A DNA stretch of 64,000 bases from an uncultured delta proteobacterium. GTDB lineage: Bacteria > Myxococcota_A > Polyangia > Polyangiales > Polyangiaceae. Made by a program: the position numbers and the translations under genes. Below the pieces are notes generated by a model that made no database searches, was not told the origin of the DNA, and worked only from the letters and a program-made list of their open reading frames with translations. Below are positions 54,992 to 64,000 of this stretch, piece by piece. Position 1 is the first letter of the stretch. Each line of letters begins with the position of its first letter. The stretch is taken from positions 1,888,001-1,952,000 of the forward strand of contig CAWDXG010000001.1 of assembly GCA_963806225.1 (NCBI GenBank), read 5' to 3'.

Positions 54992-56305
54992 ATGGGAGGT
55001 CGCCGCGTGGAATCCGGATCGGATCGCGTGGAGGGCGCTCCGGCGCGTTCGCGCACACTCGGTTTCTGGTCGCTGCTCGCCCTGGGCGTGAACGGCATCG
55101 TCGGCGTCGGCATCTTCTTCGTGCCCGCGCAGGTTGCGGCGCGTGTGCCCGGCATGGGCGGCGTCGGCGTGTACGCGCTCACCGCAGCGGCCCTGGCGCC
55201 TGTTGCGTGGGCCTACGCCACTCTCGGAGGCCACTTCGACGAGGATGGCGGTCCCTACGTGTGGGCGCGAGCGGCGTTCGGAGCGCGGTTCGGGTTCGCG
55301 GTCGGGTGGGTGGCGTACGTGTCGGCCTTGTTCAGCACCTCGGCGGTGATGGCCGGGCTCGCCGAGCATGCGGCGCCATCGCTCGGTCTCTCGGGGCCGC
55401 TCGCGGAGCGTGGATTCATCGTGGTGTGCACGTTGCTGCTCGGCTCGGTCGTGGCCAGCGGGCTCAAGCCGAGCGCGATCGCCTGGAACGCGGTGACCGT
55501 GCTGAAGCTTCTGCCTCTGCTCGGCCTGGCTGCGCTGGCGCTGGCCGCCGCGGCGCCGATCGCTCCCCAGGCGCATACCGGCGGCGGCGTCGGTGGCGTG
55601 CTGCGGGCCGCGCTTGTGGTCGTGTTTGCGATGCAGGGTTTCGAGATCGTGCCGGTCCCCGCTGGCAACGCGCGCGCCTCCCGTCGCGCCATCCCGCTGG
55701 CCACGCTGGGCTCGCTGGCGGGTGCGACCGTGCTGTACCTGATCCTGCAGTGGGCCTGTGTGCGGGCCGTGCCCGGGCTGTCGCACAGCGGCCGGCCGCT
55801 CGTCGACGCGGCGGCGGTGTACGGCGGCCGGTCCGCCGAGTGGCTGGTCGCCGCGGGAACCAACATCTCCGCGCTCGGGATCGCCTTCGGGATGTTCGCG
55901 ATGTCTCCCCGGTATCTGTCCACGCTGGGCCGCCCCGACGGGCTCGGCGAATGGATCGGCAGGGAGAGCGAGCGCCACGTGCCCCAGCGCGCGCTGTGGA
56001 TCACGCTGGCTGTGGTGCTTGTCCTGGCGACGAGCGGCAAGCTCGGCGAGCTGTTCGTGCTTTCCAGCGTCTCGGTGCTGGCGCAGTACGCGGTCAGCGT
56101 CGCCGCTCTGGCCGTGCTCGCTGTCAAGCGCAAGAACGGCCTCGGGCTGCGCCACCTGTGGCCCGCCCCGCTGGCGCTCGGTGCGATCCTGCTGCTCGGA
56201 CAGGCCGCCAAGGCGGTGGAGCTCCTGGTGTTCGCCGGCGTGCTCGCGGCCGGCGGTCTGGTCGTGCTGCTCCGCCGCTTCCTGGCTCGTCGCGTCACGC
56301 GCTAG
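54992..56305 (+). CDS. APC family amino acid permease
   Basis: LGVNGIVGVGIFF, GGPYVWARAAFG, GFE and about 12 TM segments. Confidence 0.92.
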   Translation: MGGRRVESGSDRVEGAPARSRTLGFWSLLALGVNGIVGVGIFFVPAQVAARVPGMGGVGVYALTAAALAPVAWAYATLGGHFDEDGGPYVWARAAFGARFGFAVGWVAYVSALFSTSAVMAGLAEHAAPSLGLSGPLAERGFIVVCTLLLGSVVASGLKPSAIAWNAVTVLKLLPLLGLAALALAAAAPIAPQAHTGGGVGGVLRAALVVVFAMQGFEIVPVPAGNARASRRAIPLATLGSLAGATVLYLILQWACVRAVPGLSHSGRPLVDAAAVYGGRSAEWLVAAGTNISALGIAFGMFAMSPRYLSTLGRPDGLGEWIGRESERHVPQRALWITLAVVLVLATSGKLGELFVLSSVSVLAQYAVSVAALAVLAVKRKNGLGLRHLWPAPLALGAILLLGQAAKAVELLVFAGVLAAGGLVVLLRRFLARRVTR

Positions 56306-56309
56306 CGCG

Positions 56310-58605
56310 TCAGCGCGCGCCGCGCCGCGCCCGGTCGCCGGGGAGCGGCTTGGCGGTCTTCAATCGTGCGCCGGGTGATGCCTCTGGGGGCCCCTTGATC
56401 ACGCCGAGCTGCCACAAGACGAAGCTGTACAGATCCGCGTACTCATCGGCCACCTTGCTGATGGGCTTGCCGGCGCCGTGTCCCGCCTTCGTCTCGGTGC
56501 GCAGCAGAACCGGATTGTCCGAGCTGGTCGCGTACTGCAGTGCGGCAGCCATCTTGCGGGCGTGCATCGGCGCGACCCGGGTATCGCTGCTCGCCGTCGT
56601 CAGGAGCACAGCCGGGTAGGGCGTGTTCTTCACCACATGGTGGTACGGCGAGTAGGCGTAGAGCCACTTGAACGCCTTCTTGTCCTCCGGGGACCCGTAC
56701 TCGGGCACCCAGAGCTTGGCGATCAGGAAGCGGTCGTATCGCAGCATGTCCGTCAGCGGCACGCTCGCCACGGCAGCGCGGAACAGCCGCGGATGCTGCG
56801 TGATGCTCGCGGTTACCAGCAGGCCGCCGTTGGACGCGACCATAGATCGCCAGGTGTTTCCGGTCGGTGACCTGTCGGGCGATCAGGTCCTTGGCGACGG
56901 CGGCAAAATCGTCGAACACGTTCTGCTTGTGCTCGAGTTGCCCGGCGCGGTGCCAGTCCTCGCCGAACTCGCCGCCGCCGCGCAGGTTGGCCTGGACGTA
57001 CACGCCGCCGTGATCGAGCAACACGTAGGTGGTGCGCGAGAACCGCGGTTCCAGGCTCACGTTGAATCCGCCGTAGCCGTACAGAAGCGTCGGCGCGTGA
57101 CCGCTCCCGAGCTCGACGTTCTTCCTGCTCACGACCAGGTAGGGGATCTCGGTGCCGTCCTTCGAGCGCGCACGATGCTGCGTCACGACGAAGTCCTTCG
57201 GCTTGATGGGAGCGTGCACCCGCTGCCAGACGCGCGTCCTTCCGCTGTCGAGCGTGATGCGTCGGATCACGGGCGGGGTGGCGAAGGACTCGAAATTGTA
57301 GAATGCCTGCTCTCCGTCGTGGACCCCCGTGAAGCCGTCGCTGCTGCCGAGCGTCGGCAGCGGCACCTTGCCGAGGCTCCTGCCTTTCGAGTCGAAGCGC
57401 TCGAGCCTTGATACTGCGGCGTCGAGGTAGCCGACGAGGATCTGGCCTCCGATCACGTCGAAGCTGTCGAGCACGTCTTTCGGGTGCTGCGGCAGCACCG
57501 CCCGCCAGTTTTTCCGCGCGGGACGGCGTGGGTCGACTTCGTAGAGTGCGTAGCGCGGCGCGCCCTCGTTGGTCCGGATGTAGAGCTTGTCGTCGAGCGC
57601 CAGCGGGTCGTAGATGTGCGATTTCTTCTGCGTGATCTCCTTGAAGGCGAGCTTGTGCGCGCGGGTGTCCGCGATGAACAGCTCGCTCCGGCTCCAGCCT
57701 TCGGCCACACGCACGATCAGCCAGCGGCCGTCCGGGGAGATCACACAGGCCGGGAATTCGGTCATCGGGCGTCCCTGGCCGAACACCACAGGATCCTTGT
57801 CCGGGTCGCGCCCGAGCACGTGTTCGTAGATCCTGCGGTGGTACTTTTCCTCGCCCGCGGGCACGCTGCCCTTGGCGGGGAAGCGCGAGTAGAAGAACCG
57901 CTTGTTGTCGGGCATCCAGCACACCGATGCGTAGCGGGCGCGCGTGATCACGTCCGGCAGATCCTTGCCGGTGTCCACGTTCCGGATGTGAAGCACGCTG
58001 TTCTCGCTGCCGTTTGCGCTGATCCCGTATGCGAGCAGGGAGCCGTCGTGCGACGGGTAGTACCAGTCGAGCGCCACCGTGCCCTGGGCGTTCATCCGGT
58101 TGGGGTCGACGAGCGCACGGTCCTTGCCTTCGACGCTGTCGCGCACGTAGAGCACCGGTTGGTTCTGCTTGCCGCTGCGTCGGGTGTAGAACAGCCTGAG
58201 CTTGCCGCTCTTGTCGCGCTTCACGGTGGGCAGGGAAATCTGTTCGATGGCGAGCAGCTTCTCGAGCTGGCGTCGGATCGCCGCGCGCGCTGGTACGCGC
58301 GACAGCGTGCTCTGGGTGAGTCGGTTCTCGGCGTGGATCCACTTCTTGACGGCGGGACTCTTGCCGTTCTCGAGCCAACGGTAGGCGTCGGCCACCTTGA
58401 CGCCGAAGAGGTGGTCCACGACCTTGTCGCGCCGGGTGCGGACGGGCAGACGGCTCATGGAAGTCTCCTGAACGATGATCGGCGCCGCGCTGGCTGGTGC
58501 GCCGGGCTGGGGCGGGTGCTCGGGTGGCAGTGCACGAGAGTCGCAGCTCGACGAGGCACAGAGGACGAGCAGCGCGGCCGGAAGGTGGCGGAGGGCAGAC
58601 GCCAT
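56310..58605 (-). CDS. Prolyl oligopeptidase (S9A), one frameshift near 56840
   Basis: DAYRWLE, LLYGYGGFN, RGGGEFG, G(A)SNGGLL restored by removing one base, DTRV, AGHGAG. Alternative start ATG 58458 has an aggaga RBS. Confidence 0.93.
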
Positions 58606-58687
58606 GAACGCCGAGCGTAGTCCCGTCGCCGCGCTTTTGCAGCCCTGGAGCGGCGACTGTAGGTTGGAGGGTCGTCTTCGACGGGAC

Positions 58688-59902
58688 ATGATGCGGATTG
58701 TGAACCGCTCCATCGCGGGCTCGAGCTTGTTGCTGCTGGCGGCGGCGTGCGCCGGTGGGCCCCCGCCCAGGCGGCCCGCTCCCGTTTCGTCCTCACGCGC
58801 AGCAGCGCACGCGGTGCCGTCGCGAGAGGCGCCGGCGGGCAGCGCGGCCCCCGCGCGGGTGACAGCCCGGTCGCCGGTACCCGCTCTGTCGGCGCCGCTA
58901 CCCTTCCTCAAGGGGGAAACGCACGTCCACACGGCGCGTTCCTACGATGCTCACACGCCACCGCGGGACGTGCTCGCGTTCTATGCGGCGCACGGCTACG
59001 ACTTCGTAGCGCTGACCGATCACAATCGCATCACCGTGGTCGATCCTCCGGACGGGCTCCTGTTGATCCCCGGAGTCGAATTCACGCAAAACTCGAAGGA
59101 CTGTGTCCCGCCTCCGGCGCCGGGCTACCGGTGTCTGTTCCACACCACCGGGCTGTTCGTCGACCCGGCACGGGACAGGTTCCAGGGTGGGCTCATCCGC
59201 ATGCCGTTCCAGCGCGGGCGCATGGACGCCTATCGATGGGAGATCCAGCACGCCCGCGCTCTCGGCGGAGTCGCGGTGCTCGATCACCCGCTATTCCACT
59301 TCGCCGCCAACGCGTCGATGATCGCCCGGCTGGCGCGCGAGGGGCTGAAGCTGGTCGAGCTGTTCAATGCCAGCCTGGACGGGCAGTTCCCCGGTGGGAG
59401 GCGCGCCGCCGAGGACCGCGCCGAGCGCCTGTGGAACGACATCCTGGATCGCGGGGTCCTCGTCTACGGCATGGCCACCGACGACGCGCACCACTTCGCG
59501 GACGCTGCCGACAGGCGGCGCCACGGGCGCTACGCCTACGTCGGAAACCGTGCGTGGGTCATGGTGCGCGCCGAAAAGCACCCCGACGCGATCCGGCGAG
59601 CGTTGCTCGCCGGACACTTCTACGACTCCACCGGCGTGACGCTGCGGAGCCTCGAGCGCGACGCCAGGGGCTTCCACCTGGTGGTCGAGCCCCGGCCCGG
59701 CGAGCACTACGCCATCCACTTCGTCGGGCGGCACGGCAAGCTGCTTTCCCGCGTCGACGGACCCGAGGCGAGCTACCAGATCCGCGGGGATGAAGGCTGG
59801 GTTCGCGCGGTCGTGGAGTCCAGTTCCGGGCAGCGGGCCTGGATCCAACCGGTGATGTTGGGGACGAGGGCTCGAGGCAGCGGGGGCGGGGCAGGGGACT
59901 AG
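58688..59902 (+). CDS. PHP-domain (CehA/McbA-like) metallohydrolase lipoprotein
   Basis: Lipobox AAAC. KGETHVHT..D, TDHN, GVE, DHP, TDDAH. Confidence 0.88.
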   Translation: MMRIVNRSIAGSSLLLLAAACAGGPPPRRPAPVSSSRAAAHAVPSREAPAGSAAPARVTARSPVPALSAPLPFLKGETHVHTARSYDAHTPPRDVLAFYAAHGYDFVALTDHNRITVVDPPDGLLLIPGVEFTQNSKDCVPPPAPGYRCLFHTTGLFVDPARDRFQGGLIRMPFQRGRMDAYRWEIQHARALGGVAVLDHPLFHFAANASMIARLAREGLKLVELFNASLDGQFPGGRRAAEDRAERLWNDILDRGVLVYGMATDDAHHFADAADRRRHGRYAYVGNRAWVMVRAEKHPDAIRRALLAGHFYDSTGVTLRSLERDARGFHLVVEPRPGEHYAIHFVGRHGKLLSRVDGPEASYQIRGDEGWVRAVVESSSGQRAWIQPVMLGTRARGSGGGAGD

Positions 59903-59963
59903 TCCAGGCCCAGCCGGCTGTCGTTTTCTGGGCCCGATGGGCCGATTTTGGCATGCAGGGAGC

Positions 59964-61604
59964 ATGGCGACGAGAGCTGACGCCACGCGAAGAGGCGTGC
60001 ACACAGGCAGTGTCCTGGCGGTCCTGCTGGCCGCGTGTCTGCCCGCTTGCAGCCAGAACAACCTGGATTTCTTCAAGGAGAAGCCCCCGGCGGCTTCGAA
60101 GATCAAACCCGAGAACGGCGGGGTCAGCGTCCAGAGCGACGCCTGGGCCGACGTGCCGGTGCCCGCCGCGGATGGTCCCAAGCTGTACCCGCTCGCGATG
60201 GTGACGCCCATCTACCCCAAGCCCGACAAGAAGAGCGACGCCATCGGCTATCTGCGCGTCGGCGCGAAGGTGGCCCGTTCGCGGAAGCCGGTCAGCCGAC
60301 AGGATTGTCCGGAAGGCTGGTACGCGATCCGGCCGGTCGGCTTCGTCTGCGTGGGTCCGGACGCGACCATCAAGGCCGACAACCCCATCGTCAAGGCCGT
60401 CCACGTCGAGCCGAAGCGGGCCGACCCGATGCCGTACAAGTACGCTTTCCTGCGGGCGATCGCGCCGAACTACCTGCGCATCCCGACGAAGGCCGAGCAG
60501 TTCCAGTACGAGATGCGCCTGGCGCGGCACCTGAGGAGCTACAAGCACCTGCACGAACGCTGGGACAAGCTCGACGTTGGCGCCAACGACGTGCCGCTCG
60601 ACAAGAACGGCGTGGCCATCGGCGGCATCCCGGATCACGCCAAGCCCATGGACATCAGCGTCCGCTACGGCGGGGATGACAACGATGCCGTGCCCTGGTG
60701 GCTCTCGGGCGAACGCCGCATTCCGAACCTCTCGTCGTTCCGCGCGCCTGCCTACGCCGTCATCGCCGGTCGCATCCGGCGGCACGCCGGCGTCGCGTTG
60801 ATCGGCACGTTCGTTGCCGGGCCCGCGGCCCAGAACCGTCGCTTCGCGATCAGTACCGACGCGCGGCTGCTGCCGGCGGACAAGCTCAAGGCCACGTCGG
60901 GCTCGCCATTCCACGGCCACGACATCCACGATGTCGGCCTGCCGGTGGCCTTCGCGCGGCACGCGAGCAGCCACTTCTGGACGCTGGACGGCGACGAGCT
61001 CGTGCGCGGCGATCGGCTGAAGTTCCGCCAGTTCGTTGCTCTGAACGGCACCGTGAAGTTCATCCGCGGCATTCGCATGGTCCAGGCGAGAAACGGCCTC
61101 TGGCTCAGGAGCAAGGATCTGAAAACCGCCGCCAAGCCGAGCTCGCTGCCCAGCTGGGCGAAGCGCGGCGAGAAGTGGATCGACATCTCGATCGTGAGCC
61201 AGACGATGGTGCTGTGGGAAGGCGACAAGCCCGTCTACGCGACGCTGGTCTCGACCGGTCGTGGCGGGCTGGGCGAGCCCGGCAAGACGCTCAGCACGCC
61301 CCGCGGTACCTTCCGCATCTACCAGAAGCACGTCACCACTACGATGGATTCCAATGTGGCGGACCACGAGTTCGAGCTCCGCGACGTGCCGTGGGTGGAG
61401 TACTTCAAGGGCGGCTACGCCATCCATGCTGCCTATTGGCACGACGGGTTCGGGCGCGTGCGCTCCCATGGCTGCGTCAACGTCGCGCCCATCGATGCCC
61501 GCTACACGTTCATGTGGACCACGCCGTCCGTGCCGAAGCACTGGCAGGCCGCCTACGCCAGCGACGCGCTGGAGCAGGGCACGATCGTCAATATCCACCC
61601 GTAG
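59964..61604 (+). CDS. L,D-transpeptidase (YkuD family), probable lipoprotein
   Basis: Lipobox LPAC. WIDISI..Q, VSTG, TPRG, HAAYWHDGFG..SHGCVN. Confidence 0.93.
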   Translation: MATRADATRRGVHTGSVLAVLLAACLPACSQNNLDFFKEKPPAASKIKPENGGVSVQSDAWADVPVPAADGPKLYPLAMVTPIYPKPDKKSDAIGYLRVGAKVARSRKPVSRQDCPEGWYAIRPVGFVCVGPDATIKADNPIVKAVHVEPKRADPMPYKYAFLRAIAPNYLRIPTKAEQFQYEMRLARHLRSYKHLHERWDKLDVGANDVPLDKNGVAIGGIPDHAKPMDISVRYGGDDNDAVPWWLSGERRIPNLSSFRAPAYAVIAGRIRRHAGVALIGTFVAGPAAQNRRFAISTDARLLPADKLKATSGSPFHGHDIHDVGLPVAFARHASSHFWTLDGDELVRGDRLKFRQFVALNGTVKFIRGIRMVQARNGLWLRSKDLKTAAKPSSLPSWAKRGEKWIDISIVSQTMVLWEGDKPVYATLVSTGRGGLGEPGKTLSTPRGTFRIYQKHVTTTMDSNVADHEFELRDVPWVEYFKGGYAIHAAYWHDGFGRVRSHGCVNVAPIDARYTFMWTTPSVPKHWQAAYASDALEQGTIVNIHP

Positions 61605-61608
61605 CCGC

Positions 61609-63078
61609 TCAGGGCTTGCCGGGGCGCGCGATCTCGACAGTCACGTTGACCTTGTCCGGCGCGCCGTCCGCCAGCCGCGCGTCACGGGGCAGGATCAAGC
61701 CGCGACTGAAATCGGTCGTCCTATCGACGTTTCCTAGATCAAGGGGCTCGGTCGTGATGCTGGTGACGCGGCCGCGGTCGGAGCGCTTGAGCAGGACCTT
61801 CACGTGCGATGGTTCGACCTTCAGGCCTCGAAACGAGACGCCGTGCGGCAGGTGTCCGGTGGTCTTCGGCAGGACGCGCAGCGACACCACGGTCAGGTGC
61901 TGGGCGACCACCGTCACCTGTGACGGCTCGATGCGGTGCACGTCGAGATCCGCCGGATGCGTCAGGTCGCTGTCGGTCAGCGCGATGCGTTGCGCGCCGG
62001 CGTGGATGTTCCCGACATCGAGCGCGATCGTGAGCTTCGACGGACGCATCACGTCGAAGGCGCGGCTGGAGCCGGAGAGCGTGACCCGCGCGCCGAGCGG
62101 TCGCGGTTCGTCGAGCAGCCAGCCTGCCGGCACGTTGCGATAGGCGATCGGCACGTTGAACGTCCGGGCGACGGTCTCGCCCTGGTAGCCGAAGACGAGC
62201 ATCCACGCGACGACGGCCACGACGACGGAAAGAAGCTTGAGGCCGAGCTGGCGGGTGAAAAGGCGCCGCCCGAGCGACACGTGCTTCTCCGGCGCGATGC
62301 CCTCGAGGAACCCGGTCAGGCGGCGGCGCAGCTCCGCGGCCGAGCCGACCACTTCGAGCCGGGCCTGGTGCGCGATGCTGATCGTCCCGCGTTCTTCGCT
62401 GACCACCACGATCATGGCGTCGGAAACCTCGGACATGCCGAGCGCGGCCGTGTGGCGCGTACCGGGTGGAGCGTTGTCGTCAAGGGCGCTCGACAACGGC
62501 AGGTGGACGCCGAACTTGCGGACCAGCCCGCCGTCGATCACGACCGCGCCGTCGTGTCCGAGCGAGCCCGTGTCGAAGATGCTGTACAGGAGCGGCTCGC
62601 TGATCTGCCCTTCCAGCGCGAAACCGCCGCTCAGGTGACGCTCGAGCGGTTCGCTGCCCTTGAACACGATCAGCGCGCCGATCCGTCGGGTGGAGAGGTT
62701 CGAGACCACCTCCACGACGGTGTCGATGACCGTCCTGGATTCGGTGGCGCGCGCCGTCCTCGGGCTGCGCAACCGTCCGCGCATGGCAATGTGCTCGAAG
62801 GCGCGCCGGATGTCCTCCTGGAAGATGACGACCAGCGCCACGGCCGCGACGGTAACGCCCGCCTGCAGCACGAACAGCGTCAGGTACATCTTGAGGATCC
62901 GCGCGGCGAAGTAGAGCGCCACCAGCGCTGCCAGGCCCGCAACGACGAAGCGGGAACGCGCCTTCTGGAACCACGTGACCAGCGTGTAGACGAAGACCGA
63001 CACCACGGCCACGTCCAGCACGTCGGCAACGCGCAGGCTCGTCCACAGTTCCTCGAAGAAGCGGGCCGTCGAATCCAT
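61609..63078 (-). CDS. cdaA: Diadenylate cyclase CdaA fused to a CdaR/YbbR-like region
   Basis: Three N-terminal TMs, VIFQEDIRR, IGALIV, HDGAVVI, GTRHTAALG, VVSEERG. Then a TM (LKLLSVVVAVVAW) and two YbbR-like domains (IEPSQVTV, VEPSHVKV). Confidence 0.9.
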   Translation of the reverse strand: MDSTARFFEELWTSLRVADVLDVAVVSVFVYTLVTWFQKARSRFVVAGLAALVALYFAARILKMYLTLFVLQAGVTVAAVALVVIFQEDIRRAFEHIAMRGRLRSPRTARATESRTVIDTVVEVVSNLSTRRIGALIVFKGSEPLERHLSGGFALEGQISEPLLYSIFDTGSLGHDGAVVIDGGLVRKFGVHLPLSSALDDNAPPGTRHTAALGMSEVSDAMIVVVSEERGTISIAHQARLEVVGSAAELRRRLTGFLEGIAPEKHVSLGRRLFTRQLGLKLLSVVVAVVAWMLVFGYQGETVARTFNVPIAYRNVPAGWLLDEPRPLGARVTLSGSSRAFDVMRPSKLTIALDVGNIHAGAQRIALTDSDLTHPADLDVHRIEPSQVTVVAQHLTVVSLRVLPKTTGHLPHGVSFRGLKVEPSHVKVLLKRSDRGRVTSITTEPLDLGNVDRTTDFSRGLILPRDARLADGAPDKVNVTVEIARPGKP

Positions 63079-63134
63079 CTGTGCTCGCCCGACCGCGAAT
63101 CTGCGACAGATCGCGCGGGACGGCTAGTCGGGCC

Positions 63135-64000
63135 TCAATGGATGGCGAAGCTCTTCGCGACGGTGACCGGGCTGCCGGAAAATGGCGGGACTTTCGCGCC
63201 GCGGAAGAGCCGGGCGACGCAGCCGCCCACGGCGGTGCCTGCGAAGTCGCCGGTGACGACCGCATTGGTCGCCCGCCCGCTGGGCATGAAGGTCACGGTC
63301 ACCCGTCCTGTTCCAGGCGAGGTATCGGGCTGCTTGCACGACGCGGCCGAGCCGGCCGCGCCCGCCAGGGCACTGGCTGCAGCGCCCTGGTTGAAAGGCG
63401 GGGCAGCGGGCGTGCTGCTGGCGGCAGGCGCGGCGCTGGCGCTCGGAGCGGGTTTGGCGGACGCGCGGGCCGCGGCGGTCGGCGCACCGGCCGGGCTGTT
63501 CCCGGTCGCGGGCGCCCTGGTCGAGTCGGGAAAGGTCCCGGACGGTCTGGCGGCGGGTGCGGTTGCGGCCGCCGCCGCACCCGCGGACGCGCTCCCGGTG
63601 GGTGCGGCGCTTTCGGCGGGTGCAGCGCTTTCAGCGGGTGCAGCGCTTTCAGCGGGTGCGGCCGGCGCAGCTGTCGGTGCGGGTGCGGCTGCACCCGGGA
63701 AGAGCGCGCTCCAGAGCTGTGGCGGATAGCGGAAGTGATAGCTGGCAAAGGCGCCGGCTCCGAGCAGCAGCACGACGAGCACGAACCAGAGCGCTCCCGA
63801 GCCGCCCTTCGAAGGTTCTTCGACCTCTTCTGCCGGAGCGGGCAGTGGCGCCGCGGCCTGCGGCGCGCTCGGCGGCGGCGCGGCCTGCAGCAGCGGTGCG
63901 CTGAAGTCCGGCGCCGTCAGAGCGCTCGCCTGTTCGTCTAGAGCGGGTCGCTGTGGAGGCAGGCCGAACAGATCTTCCGAGGACGGGGCGGGCTCGTGCG
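63135..64000 (-). CDS. C-terminal part of a single-TM Pro/Ala-rich protein with a TonB-C/AgmX-like terminal domain (5' end outside window)
   Basis: The frame is open to the window edge. TM LWFVLVVLLLGAGAFA, linker, then AASC..GRVTVTF.PSG..GTAVGGCV..VPPFSG..TV.K. Confidence 0.75.
   Translation of the reverse strand, partial: HEPAPSSEDLFGLPPQRPALDEQASALTAPDFSAPLLQAAPPPSAPQAAAPLPAPAEEVEEPSKGGSGALWFVLVVLLLGAGAFASYHFRYPPQLWSALFPGAAAPAPTAAPAAPAESAAPAESAAPAESAAPTGSASAGAAAAATAPAARPSGTFPDSTRAPATGNSPAGAPTAAARASAKPAPSASAAPAASSTPAAPPFNQGAAASALAGAAGSAASCKQPDTSPGTGRVTVTFMPSGRATNAVVTGDFAGTAVGGCVARLFRGAKVPPFSGSPVTVAKSFAIH
63598..63660 (-). repeat. 18-bp tandem repeat, about 3 copies (coding APAESA)
   Basis: gcgggtgcagcgctttca units. 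Confidence 0.85.

Noticed and set aside
56830..56845. Frameshift at the catalytic Ser motif of prolyl oligopeptidase as programmed frameshifting
   Set aside because: There is no slippery run or repeat. It is a single inserted base like the other errors.

Overview
GC-rich chromosomal window, most likely from a myxobacterium (Myxococcota, probably Polyangia/Sorangiineae-like). This assignment is inferred from gene content and all family calls come from motif recognition, not database searches. The dominant feature is a gliding-motility (Glt) locus from about 5.3 to 37 kb. It holds two GltA/GltB-like outer-membrane barrels, a CglC/GltK-like Cys-rich lipoprotein, then gltC-gltD-gltE-gltF-gltG, an uncharacterised TPR lipoprotein, and a ~3,800-codon AgmK/GltI-like TPR gene. 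Around it are housekeeping and envelope genes: ftsY, yraN, dksA, uvrA, an HDAC-family deacetylase, an amidase, an L,D-transpeptidase, a PrkA-type AAA+ kinase, a Ser/Thr kinase, an FHA-sigma54 activator, a prolyl oligopeptidase and a CdaA-CdaR-like diadenylate cyclase fusion. There are two tRNAs (His, CAT-Ile2-like). Many genes between about 12.5 and 57 kb carry single-base frameshifts, mostly insertions, which look like long-read assembly errors rather than real pseudogenes. No mobile element, CRISPR array or rRNA was seen. The best leads are the merged Glt cluster with an extra TPR lipoprotein in the gltH position, the CdaA-CdaR fusion with an RHT motif, a recurring TTGA(C/T)N-N18-TANNNT promoter pattern, and repeated short linear motifs (NPF, KKTxxG) in disordered proteins.
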